Shown one piece after another: positions 8,523-16,764 of a stretch of 32,000 nucleotides of DNA. A model generated the notes under the pieces. That model did no database searches, was not told the DNA's origin, and worked only from the letters and a program-made list of their open reading frames with translations. Every line of letters begins with the position of its first letter. Positions within the stretch are counted from its first letter, which is position 1. The stretch spans positions 2,640,001-2,672,000 of the forward strand of contig NZ_LT549890.1 of NCBI RefSeq assembly GCF_900079115.1, in the 5' to 3' direction. The stretch comes from Saccharolobus solfataricus. GTDB taxonomy: Archaea > Thermoproteota > Thermoprotei_A > Sulfolobales > Sulfolobaceae. The position numbers and the translations under genes are program-made.

Positions 8523-9380
8523 ATGAAGAAGGGTACAATAATCTTGGTTGCTCCCACAGCTATTTTTTCCGCAATACTATTGTACCTAGTAATATGGAAT
8601 GCAGTAATGTCATTCATGAATTGGTCCTTGCTGAACTCTAAACCGACTTTTGTCGGGCTTGAAACTTACAGCATCGTAATAAGAACCTTTCAGTTCACAA
8701 ACTCTTTATTACACTCCATAGAGTTGTCAGTAATTCTAGTAGTTATTGGGAATATTCTGGGCATATTTATTGCAGCTTTACTATACTTTTTAAATTCCAA
8801 CAAGGCCAGGTCTACTTTTCTCTCAATAGTAATATACCCTTTATCTATTTCCATGGCTGTTAATGGACTCATTTGGCTTTGGTTATTTAATATTCATATT
8901 GGAGTAGACTGGCTTTTAGTGAGGATTGGTTTACCTCAATTTCCGTGGCTTTCGTCAACCTCTACAATGTTTCCTAGCTTAGTTTTGGTCTCAGTTTGGG
9001 CATATACTGGAATTGCGGCTCTGTTTTATTTAGCAGGGTTTATGAACATAGATAAGACTATAGTAGAAGCAGCTAGATTGGATGGAACTAGTGCTTTCAA
9101 AATACTATACAAGATACTGATTCCAAATTCGTTAAACTCTTTTATTATAGCCACGGCCCTTCTATTCTTGTTCTCATTTAGAATATTTGATCTGCCTTAT
9201 GTGTTGTCTGGTGGCACTACGAATATTTTTCTTCAAACGAGTGAGTTATACATGTATTACCTCTTCACTGTGGAGTATTTCTCTCAAGCTACAGCAGTTG
9301 CTACGATGATAACATTAATTGCTACGATAATCATTATTCCGTATGCCTTAACTGTCATTAGGAGGTGGATAAGAAGATGA
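8523..9380 (+). CDS. glcT: Glucose ABC transporter permease
   Basis: Polytopic membrane protein with the binding-protein-dependent permease EAA-type loop (IDKTIVEAARLDGTSAFKILYKILIP). The tracked ORF opens at TTG 8520; ATG 8523 is favoured by the TATA spacing. Confidence 0.9.
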   Translation: MKKGTIILVAPTAIFSAILLYLVIWNAVMSFMNWSLLNSKPTFVGLETYSIVIRTFQFTNSLLHSIELSVILVVIGNILGIFIAALLYFLNSNKARSTFLSIVIYPLSISMAVNGLIWLWLFNIHIGVDWLLVRIGLPQFPWLSSTSTMFPSLVLVSVWAYTGIAALFYLAGFMNIDKTIVEAARLDGTSAFKILYKILIPNSLNSFIIATALLFLFSFRIFDLPYVLSGGTTNIFLQTSELYMYYLFTVEYFSQATAVATMITLIATIIIIPYALTVIRRWIRR

Positions 9381-10228
9381 GACCAGTGATAAAGGCAAGT
9401 TTGCATTATCTAGCATTAGCGATTGTGAGCGTTATATGGCTTATACCAGTTTATGCAATGCTCATAAATGGGTTTAAGAGTAATTTCGAAGTTCTATCTA
9501 CTCCAGTTTTAGTACCACCTACAAAAATTACGTTTGAAGCGTATGTGTCAGTCCTTCTATCACTAGCTAAACCTCTAATCAATAGCTTAATAATTGTTAT
9601 TCCTACTTCGTTTATTTCAGCATTCCTAGGTGCTATGGGTGCATATTTCTTTTATACATTATCTTATTCGTTTAGTAGAGCTTCTTCTGCCATAAGTGAT
9701 GTTTTATTCTCTCTAATATCACTAGCTACATTTATTCCCCAAGAAGCTACACTATTACCGTTAACTAGGCTAATAGTAAGTATGGGATTATTAGATTCTT
9801 ATATAGGTATAATATTTGCGTTATTGATATTTTATATACCTACTGGAGCTTTATTAATGTCCATGTTTATTTCAGTTATACCAAGAAGTCTAATTGAGGC
9901 GGCAAAGATGGACGGAACTGGAGATTTAAAGATATTCATGAAAATAGTATTCCCACTTTCTATGCCAGGCTTCATTTCAACGTTAATATTTATTATAATA
10001 CAAGCATGGAATAACTTCTTTATCCCGTTAGTACTAGTGACAACTCCTGGAATGAAACTAACATCTATAGCTGTATTATCCTATAGTGGAGCATATGGTA
10101 CTTTATATAATGATACATTCGCTGCTGGAATGGTTGCAAGTATAATACCACTAGCAATATTTGTATTTCTTGGGAGATACTTTATAAGAGGATTAATGGC
10201 ACTAGGTGGTGGAGGTAAGGGGGTGTAA
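9377..10228 (+). CDS. glcU: Glucose ABC transporter permease
   Basis: EAA loop SLIEAAKMDGTGDLKIFMKIVFP. The tracked ORF opens at GTG 9365. ATG 9377 sits 9 nt after the SD-like GGAGGTG (9361-9367) and forms an ATGA overlap with the glcT stop, so it is preferred. Confidence 0.9.
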   Translation: MRPVIKASLHYLALAIVSVIWLIPVYAMLINGFKSNFEVLSTPVLVPPTKITFEAYVSVLLSLAKPLINSLIIVIPTSFISAFLGAMGAYFFYTLSYSFSRASSAISDVLFSLISLATFIPQEATLLPLTRLIVSMGLLDSYIGIIFALLIFYIPTGALLMSMFISVIPRSLIEAAKMDGTGDLKIFMKIVFPLSMPGFISTLIFIIIQAWNNFFIPLVLVTTPGMKLTSIAVLSYSGAYGTLYNDTFAAGMVASIIPLAIFVFLGRYFIRGLMALGGGGKGV

Positions 10229-10231
10229 AAG

Positions 10232-11293
10232 ATGGTTAGGATTATTGTAAAAAACGTCTCTAAGGTTTTTAAGAAAGGTAAAGTAGTAGCATTAGATAAC
10301 GTTAATATAAATATTGAAAATGGAGAGAGATTTGGCATATTAGGTCCCAGTGGTGCTGGTAAGACAACTTTCATGAGGATCATTGCAGGCTTAGATGTAC
10401 CTTCTACTGGGGAACTGTATTTCGACGATAGACTAGTTGCTTCAAATGGTAAACTAATAGTACCTCCGGAAGACAGAAAAATCGGCATGGTGTTCCAAAC
10501 TTGGGCCCTATACCCTAATTTAACGGCGTTCGAGAATATTGCGTTTCCTTTAACTAATATGAAGATGAGCAAGGAAGAGATAAGAAAAAGAGTTGAGGAA
10601 GTAGCCAAGATTTTAGATATTCATCATGTCTTAAATCACTTTCCTAGGGAATTGTCTGGAGGACAGCAACAAAGAGTTGCATTAGCTAGAGCTCTGGTTA
10701 AAGATCCGTCTTTACTATTACTAGATGAACCATTTAGCAATTTAGATGCTAGGATGAGAGATAGTGCAAGAGCTTTAGTTAAAGAAGTCCAAAGTAGATT
10801 AGGTGTGACCTTACTTGTTGTTAGCCATGATCCCGCTGATATTTTCGCCATTGCTGATAGGGTCGGAGTGTTAGTTAAAGGCAAATTGGTTCAAGTGGGT
10901 AAACCCGAGGACTTATATGATAATCCAGTGTCTATTCAAGTTGCTAGTCTCATAGGTGAAATTAATGAACTGGAGGGAAAGGTAACAAATGAGGGTGTAG
11001 TTATAGGCAGTCTCAGATTTCCAGTAAGTGTCTCTAGTGATAGAGCAATAATAGGTATTAGACCAGAAGATGTGAAGCTGTCAAAAGATGTCATTAAGGA
11101 TGATTCTTGGATTTTAGTAGGCAAGGGAAAGGTCAAAGTTATAGGCTATCAAGGAGGTCTATTTAGGATAACTATAACTCCCTTAGACTCGGAGGAAGAG
11201 ATATTCACCTATTCTGATCATCCGATACACTCTGGTGAGGAAGTATTAGTGTATGTGAGAAAAGATAAGATAAAAGTCTTTGAAAAAAATTAG
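10232..11293 (+). CDS. glcV: Glucose ABC transporter ATP-binding protein
   Basis: 353 aa. Walker A GPSGAGKTT, signature LSGGQQQR, Walker B LLLDEP. It has a MalK-like C-terminal regulatory domain, and I recognise the sequence as S. solfataricus GlcV. SD-like GGGGGTG precedes the ATG. Confidence 0.95.
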   Translation: MVRIIVKNVSKVFKKGKVVALDNVNINIENGERFGILGPSGAGKTTFMRIIAGLDVPSTGELYFDDRLVASNGKLIVPPEDRKIGMVFQTWALYPNLTAFENIAFPLTNMKMSKEEIRKRVEEVAKILDIHHVLNHFPRELSGGQQQRVALARALVKDPSLLLLDEPFSNLDARMRDSARALVKEVQSRLGVTLLVVSHDPADIFAIADRVGVLVKGKLVQVGKPEDLYDNPVSIQVASLIGEINELEGKVTNEGVVIGSLRFPVSVSSDRAIIGIRPEDVKLSKDVIKDDSWILVGKGKVKVIGYQGGLFRITITPLDSEEEIFTYSDHPIHSGEEVLVYVRKDKIKVFEKN

Positions 11294-11298
11294 AATCC

Positions 11299-11332
11299 CT
11301 AAAAAAAGAGCTTTCCCTTTTTATTTTTATTC
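11299..11332. terminator. Candidate bidirectional T-tract terminator between convergent glcV and the MFS gene
   Basis: Plus strand has CTTTCCCTTTTTATTTTTATT; minus strand has CTCTTTTTTT. Archaeal termination typically uses oligo-T tracts. Confidence 0.4.
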
Positions 11333-12672
11333 TACGTAGTTTTTTGTGGTTCTTCAGCTAATCTAGTTCCTAGTGTTTCTGGCCCGAAGTATTGTGCAAT
11401 ACCAACTATTAAAGCTCCAATCATTAATAATACAGCAGTAGAGAACCATACGTTATTTGGTGTATCTAATGATTTAAACAAGTAGTTATGCATCAGAGGT
11501 ACGTATATACTGAACCAACCTCCAAGGAAAATTCCAGAGGAGTAACCGAAACCCACTCCAGAAGCCCTCATTGATGCTTTAAATCTCTCAGATAAATAGA
11601 TAGGTATTATACCCCATGGTCCTTGCGTTATTATACCAATAATTATTGAGAATAACATAGCAGTTATAGCGTTACCAGCAATAGCCGCAGTAATCAACCC
11701 ATAATAAATTGGTATTGCAATGACAAAGGTAATTATACTCCATATTATTGTTAACCTCCTTCTTCCAACATATTGGGATAGAGTGCCGAATATCAACGCG
11801 CCTGCGAATGCAGCGTAAGTACCGATACTATATATGTAGTTTGCTTCTCCAAGACTAAATGTGGAAGGACTATGTTCCAAAATAGTAGGCACAAATGCAA
11901 ATAGAGCATAGGCGAAGAAGAACATGCCTGTCATATATGCCATGACTTGTAAGAAGTCCCTTCTATAAGGTGCTTTAAACAAGTCCGCCAGTGGTGTCCT
12001 TCTAATCAGATTCTTCTTTTTAACGTCTTCAAAAACTGGTGTTTCCTTCATGGCGAGTCTTACTGCTAGGGCTATGAAAGCCGGTATTACGGCAGTTAAA
12101 AAGACATATCTCCACGCAAACTCCTCAACACCGGATACGCCATAAATTCCTATGAAGATACCTTCTATAACAGCAGCTAATGCTGCGCCAAATGAGAAAC
12201 CACCTTGGACTAGTCCACTAATGAAACCTCTCCATTTATATGGTGTCCACTCCATGGCAAATGGATGACCTGCTGAGTACTCTCCACCAGCGAAGATTCC
12301 TACAGCAACTCTTATTAAAACGAATAGAACGAATGAAAGAATTCCAGCTTGTGCATATGTTGGTAATGCTGAAGTTAATGCACTAGTAATTCCTAAACCC
12401 AATACCGTAATTATTAAGTCAGCTCTCCTACCTATCTTATCTCCTAAATTTCCAAATATTGCTGAGCCTAAGGGTCTGAATATTATTGTTAAGGAGTAGG
12501 AAAGAATGATATTAAAGGTCGCTATGAGTGGACTTGCGGGTGGTAAAATTACCTTAGCTAGAACTGGAGCTATGCTTAAAATCATAGTTAAATCATAGGA
12601 GTCTAGAAGGAATCCTATAAACTGGGATATTATTGCCTTCCCGCTATCCCATGTAAACTTTTCTGGCTCCAT
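11332..12672 (-). CDS. MFS transporter, metabolite:H+ symporter (MHS, KgtP/ProP-like) type
   Basis: 446 aa with about 12 TM segments. MFS motif [11 protein letters not shown], and an N-terminal FLLDSYDL segment resembling the MHS EWYDF region. Confidence 0.75.
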   Translation of the reverse strand: MEPEKFTWDSGKAIISQFIGFLLDSYDLTMILSIAPVLAKVILPPASPLIATFNIILSYSLTIIFRPLGSAIFGNLGDKIGRRADLIITVLGLGITSALTSALPTYAQAGILSFVLFVLIRVAVGIFAGGEYSAGHPFAMEWTPYKWRGFISGLVQGGFSFGAALAAVIEGIFIGIYGVSGVEEFAWRYVFLTAVIPAFIALAVRLAMKETPVFEDVKKKNLIRRTPLADLFKAPYRRDFLQVMAYMTGMFFFAYALFAFVPTILEHSPSTFSLGEANYIYSIGTYAAFAGALIFGTLSQYVGRRRLTIIWSIITFVIAIPIYYGLITAAIAGNAITAMLFSIIIGIITQGPWGIIPIYLSERFKASMRASGVGFGYSSGIFLGGWFSIYVPLMHNYLFKSLDTPNNVWFSTAVLLMIGALIVGIAQYFGPETLGTRLAEEPQKTT

Positions 12673-12928
12673 TGAAGCCTTTTTAAACTTATTGTATTAA
12701 AAATTAACTTCTTAGATGCCTTGTGGACTTGTTGAATTTTCACAAAGAGCTAAGAACCATTGCACACCTAAATTGTATGTTTTGAGATAAATTGAAATGA
12801 AGATAATATAGTAGTTTATTTGGAAAAATTTAATATTTCAGAAAAGTGCTTTCTAGAGAATAATTTGAGTTATTTAAATAGCATACAGTGCTCAACGTTT
12901 TATACCTCGCATAAAGTTAGAGTGAGAT

Positions 12929-13631
12929 ATGGAAGAGATAAATAGAATAGCGATTATAGGAGGAGTAAGGTCTTTTAGTGGTTCCGTAATTTGGCCATTT
13001 ATCGGATTTGCGTTATATAAAGTTTATGGGTTCTCTCTAGATACCGTCTCGATATTTTACCTAATTCAAGCACTGATAAACGTTGTTGCGTCAGTTAGTG
13101 GGGGAATAGTAGTTGACTATTTGGGGAGGAGAAACGCCATGATGCTCTCAATGATTGTTTCCTCATTTGCTCTATTTACGGCATATCTAGTCAATCTCCC
13201 TATACCTATAGCAGGATTGATTCTATTACAAACGTTCTTTAACAATATATACAATGTATCTTCTACTGCAATAGTTGGGGATATTTATAAAAGGGCTGAT
13301 TTAGTTAAGGCGTTTAGTAGGCAAAGGGTTGGAATTAATGCGGGATGGGCTTTAGGGCCATTGATTGGTGGCTATATTTTCACATTCTACGGATTCAGAA
13401 CGCTATTATTAGTATCAAGCTTGATTGCGATCATACCGATATTTCTAGTGAGATTATTACCTGAATTCAAGGGTGGGGGGAATATCTTAAATTTCAATGT
13501 CAACAAGCAATTTATTCTTTTCCTAATTTCTACCTTTCTTACTTTCGTGTTAGTGGGCCAATTGGGATTCGGTTTACTAACGTATTATAATGCCCAACTT
13601 CACTTCACAGAATTTCAAGTTAGCATATTAT
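12929..13631 (+). pseudogene. MFS transporter, N-terminal fragment interrupted by IS
   Basis: Membrane ORF with the MFS motif VDYLGRRNAM. Native frame ends at the IS boundary 13631/13632, and the tracked ORF tail (to 13702) is IS-encoded. It joins in frame to 15161 onward (...FQVSIL|FAINGLMIVAFQDLV...). Confidence 0.85.
13623..13631. repeat. 9-bp target-site duplication GCATATTAT (left copy)
   Basis: Identical 9-mer at 15152-15160, abutting both IS ends. Confidence 0.9.
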
Positions 13632-13850
13632 CAGTTGTGTTTCACCAAATTATCTCACTTGAAAGATATTGTGTTAGTTCTTTCAAAAGGGAATTGATAT
13701 AGAGAAAGATAGTGATATTATAGTGAAATATAGCATATTAACATTATTTGCAATAAACATAACGTGTAGATTCAGATTAAAGGGAGATAATCTGAATTTT
13801 TATCACGTGGTTAGAACGGTGTGCAGAGTGTCCTCTGCACGCCGAGGAAG

Positions 13851-14897
13851 TTAGAGAAGCCTGACGAAGGAGTCGAAGGAGAGAGGCTTCCTTTTCGTGG
13901 ACTTGAAGTTGAAGAGGAGGTAATTCACGAGGTTCCACACTGAATCTAGGACAGTGTAATAGAGGTAGAGGAAGATCTTGTTGGTTAACTTCCTCACTAG
14001 TATTTTGGAAAAGTTCTTAGACTATGATCTAGTGGTATATCCTTTGCCTAAAGCTATAAACTTTCTGAAAGCACTAACGTACCTTATCCTGGCCTTCCTG
14101 ACCTTGAAGCCCTCTTCGCTCTGCCATCTCAACCTGTAGAGCTCAGCTAGCTTGTAGGGATCTCCATTGAAGTTGGTAACGAAGATGAAGTGCCTGGGTT
14201 TCTCCTTGACGTATATCACTTCATAGTAGTAAAGGTCATTGTACTTCAGGACCCTATACGCAACGTAAACCCTGTCATTTACCTCGCATTTCTTCTCGGT
14301 TAGAGAGACGTTGGAGAGTTCCTTGAAGCCCTTCAGGTTGGTCTTACCTCCTACCACGGTCTTCACAGGCATCTCCTTGATTACCTTCAAGTTCAGGAAA
14401 CCCGCGTCAGCAACAACGTAGTCTATCTTGAGGTGCTGAGCAACTTCGCTCACGGCCCTCATCAGGAACTGGGAGGGAGTATCGCTTCTCAAGTCAGCTA
14501 TCTCCTCGAGGAGGGACAGCCTCAAGGGGAACACCAAGTCCACGGACCTCAACTTAACTCCCTTCCTCTTCCCGTTGTAGAGTTGAAATCCTTCCACCTT
14601 CCTCGACTCCTTCTCTCCCACGGTTATCGCGGTCTCGTCCACTGCAACGATTGTAGTCTCTCCCTCAACTTTCACGTGAGGGTAGAACTTGAAGCTCCTC
14701 TCCCCTTGACTCATCACCTTCTCTCCTTCCCTAACGACCTTCAAGTACTCCTTTCCCCTGTTCCCTGTCAACAGGAACGGAGCTGCGTCCGCGATCCTCG
14801 TGTCCAACTCTTGGGAGATAACGTTAAGATTATTGACGATGAAATAACTAGCGAGGGACTTCAACTCCGTTTTGAATCCCGTTTCATAAACTTGCAT
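13851..14897 (-). pseudogene. ISC1439-like transposase gene disrupted by a nested insertion
   Basis: The 291-aa ORF (14022-14897) is roughly 70% identical by eye to the 4866-5831 transposase, then diverges after ...ARIRYV and stops inside the insert. The missing C-terminus (VRKLTNKIFLYLYYTVLDSVWNLVNYLLFNFKSTKRKPLSFDSFVRLL*) is still encoded at 13851-13997. Confidence 0.85.
13998..14076. mobile_element. 79-bp MITE-like element nested in the transposase gene
   Basis: This stretch is absent from the other IS copy. Imperfect terminal inverted repeats TAGTATTTTGGAAAAGTT / reverse complement TAGTGCTTTCAGAAAGTT match 13/18. It is flanked by a 2-bp direct repeat AC (13996-13997, 14077-14078). Removing 79+2 bp restores ...RIRYVRKLTNKIF... 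in frame. It has no coding capacity. Confidence 0.6.
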
Positions 14898-15151
14898 AAC
14901 GGAGTCATGGAGTCCCTCGCTTTAACCCTTCCCTGTTCGCCTCCTCCCTAGACCTCCCCTCCCCGCTTGATAATACTAAACAGATGATATTACCCTCTAT
15001 ATACAAACTCCTTTTTAACCATGCTTCTCGTTTAATCTAAAAATTTTTTGATAATCATGTTGAAATAAGCCGATTTTCACAACCATAACTCGATATTTTC
15101 CCCTACCATAGAAATTACATCATTTCTAGTAAAATTGGTGAAACACAACTG

Positions 15152-15160
15152 GCATATTAT
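15152..15160. repeat. 9-bp target-site duplication GCATATTAT (right copy)
   Basis: Identical to 13623-13631. Confidence 0.9.
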
Positions 15161-15588
15161 TTGCCATAAACGGACTTATGATTGTAGCATTCCAAGATCT
15201 GGTTGGCAGACTTATAAGTAAGAGGATGTGGTTAATCGTAATCGGGACGCTAATTTATACCTCTGGATATTTCGGAGTCGCATTTATCAGTAACTTTCTA
15301 GTCGCATCCATTGACATTGCGATTATAACTATCGCTGAAATGATAGTGACACCACTGTCACAAGCCATTGCCAATTCTTTAACAAATCAGAGTTCTAGGG
15401 GGAGACAAATTGGATTATATAGTATGGTTACTGGAATTGGTAGGGTATCCGGTTCGTCATTAATAAGTGAGCTTATGAACTATTATTTATACACTCCCGT
15501 CATTTTATGGGGAATAATGTCTTCCTTTGGTCTTGTTTCTGCAGCTATTTATTTGTACCAAATAAAAATAAAAAGGATAAAAATTTAA
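15152..15588 (+). pseudogene. MFS transporter, C-terminal fragment
   Basis: Continues the frame of 12929-13631 after the IS. It contains 4 TM segments; the tracked ORF starts at the internal Met at 15178. Confidence 0.8.
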
Positions 15589-15590
15589 TA

Positions 15591-16007
15591 TTAACTCATT
15601 CCAGCTTTAGATTTTTGCTTAATCAATTTGTACATTGCCGCTAAAATCACCACTCCAATCAAGTCATCTATCGGTATACCAAAATGCACTGGATAAAACC
15701 AGGCCCATGAAAACGGTAGCTTAAGATCAACTATCCAATACATAATATCCTCAACTATTGACCCGTAAATTAAGTACCATACAGTCTCAACGGATAGTAG
15801 TTTACCCGATGCAAGATATGAAGGAAATCCAAAAATTAAAATATAAATTACTCTGTAGAAATAAAGTGATACTGTTGGAGTGAATACGCTTTTCATCCAC
15901 GCTGGTGAGCTTAAAACCTTGGAAGGATCCCATTGTATTCCTAGTTCGAGGATAGCGTAAATAAACGAGAAAACAGTCATAATTGTTAATCCTCTTCTAT
16001 TAATCAT
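15591..16007 (-). CDS. Hypothetical membrane protein (about 4 TM)
   Basis: 138-aa hydrophobic ORF. I recognise no family by eye. Confidence 0.5.
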   Translation of the reverse strand: MINRRGLTIMTVFSFIYAILELGIQWDPSKVLSSPAWMKSVFTPTVSLYFYRVIYILIFGFPSYLASGKLLSVETVWYLIYGSIVEDIMYWIVDLKLPFSWAWFYPVHFGIPIDDLIGVVILAAMYKLIKQKSKAGMS

Positions 16008-16040
16008 AATCTTAAAACTTACCTAGACTACTATATATCT

Positions 16041-16226
16041 ATGTTGGATAAAGTGAGGGAGATTGTAAGGAAAATTGACCCAAATGCAGAAATACAAATT
16101 AGCAGGAACAAAAAATTTACGAAAATAAGGGTGAAAAGCAATAGATACTGTGATAGAGCTAAGATTTGGATTTCTTTATATGAGTTATTTAAAGATCATG
16201 AAGGCATCATAATAGAGGTAGAATGA
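16041..16226 (+). CDS. Hypothetical small basic protein (61 aa)
   Basis: ORF only. It lies 33 bp from the divergent neighbour and has a 20-nt convergent overlap with the next gene. No motif is recognised, and it may not be expressed. Confidence 0.3.
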   Translation: MLDKVREIVRKIDPNAEIQISRNKKFTKIRVKSNRYCDRAKIWISLYELFKDHEGIIIEVE

Positions 16227-16764
16227 TGACAATACCTAATAATAATACCGTAATTAAGTAGAAATAATCAAAATTATATTCAGTCAATTTTAAGAGAATT
16301 TTATTATTTTTCACAGATAAACAATACGTAGTTTCCCTTACAATTATTACTGTAATAGGTAAAAGGATAAGACTTGGTTTTGAGAGAATTGAGAGGGTGA
16401 GAAGTATTATAAAATTCATCTGAATTATCGAATTTATGGCCGACCATTGAATAACGTTTAATATTTTAGGTCTCATATTGCTGGGATAGTGGAGAACTTT
16501 ACCTATTACGAGTTTTATTAGCACGTGTACCAATAAAAGAGAAAACATTATTCCTCTAGTTAATATATTATCGCTAATGTTGAGCCATTCTACTATCAAA
16601 ATACCTACTATATAGTATGTAATAGTTGATACGATAGGGACTACGTATGATTCCTTCACCTTTCTAAATGAGTAAAAATAATAAGAAAAAAGTAATCCCT
16701 TATAGGGATCTAGCCCCTCTACTATCCCTAGGCTAAGGATAGCAATAAGAGTCAGAGGAAGCAT
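16207..16764 (-). CDS. Hypothetical polytopic membrane protein (about 6 TM)
   Basis: 185-aa hydrophobic ORF. Its ATG lies 32 nt inside the 3' end of the SBP56 gene on the same strand, implying co-transcription. Confidence 0.55.
   Translation of the reverse strand: MLPLTLIAILSLGIVEGLDPYKGLLFSYYFYSFRKVKESYVVPIVSTITYYIVGILIVEWLNISDNILTRGIMFSLLLVHVLIKLVIGKVLHYPSNMRPKILNVIQWSAINSIIQMNFIILLTLSILSKPSLILLPITVIIVRETTYCLSVKNNKILLKLTEYNFDYFYLITVLLLGIVIILPLL

Larger units (their letters stand above)
13632..15151 (-). mobile_element. Diverged ISC1439-like insertion sequence (1520 bp) carrying a nested 79-bp insertion; probably non-autonomous
   Basis: Terminal IRs CAGTTGTGTTTCACCAA(A/T)TT match 19/20 (13632-13651 vs reverse complement of 15132-15151). 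A 9-bp TSD flanks the element. It is collinear with the 4647-6085 element; 1520 - 81 = 1439 bp. Confidence 0.9.

Noticed and set aside
10081-10608. 175-aa ORF antisense to the glcU/glcV junction (also 10636-10884 and 10936-11136).
   Set aside because: It lies fully inside well-supported genes on the opposite strand and has a low-complexity S/L/P-rich translation with no motifs. This is a typical shadow ORF.
13821-13840. Perfect 8-bp-stem hairpin GTGCAGAG-TGTC-CTCTGCAC just after the transposase stop in copy 2.
   Set aside because: The corresponding sequence in copy 1 (GTGCATAGTCTCCTCTGAAC) does not form the stem, so it is unlikely to be a conserved functional structure.
14433-14951. 172-aa ORF antisense to the copy-2 transposase (and 5405-5629 and 5817-6002 in copy 1).
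   Set aside because: The long open frame is explained by the higher G+C of the IS. The frame is not preserved in copy 1, where only 74- and 61-aa fragments remain, so it is not under selection.
16223-16229. C-box-like ATGATGA. I looked for a C/D-box sRNA here and at other TGATGA sites.
   Set aside because: No CTGA D box lies at the appropriate distance and there are no terminal complementary ends. The motif overlaps the stop codon of the 61-aa ORF. All other TGATGA occurrences are inside coding regions.
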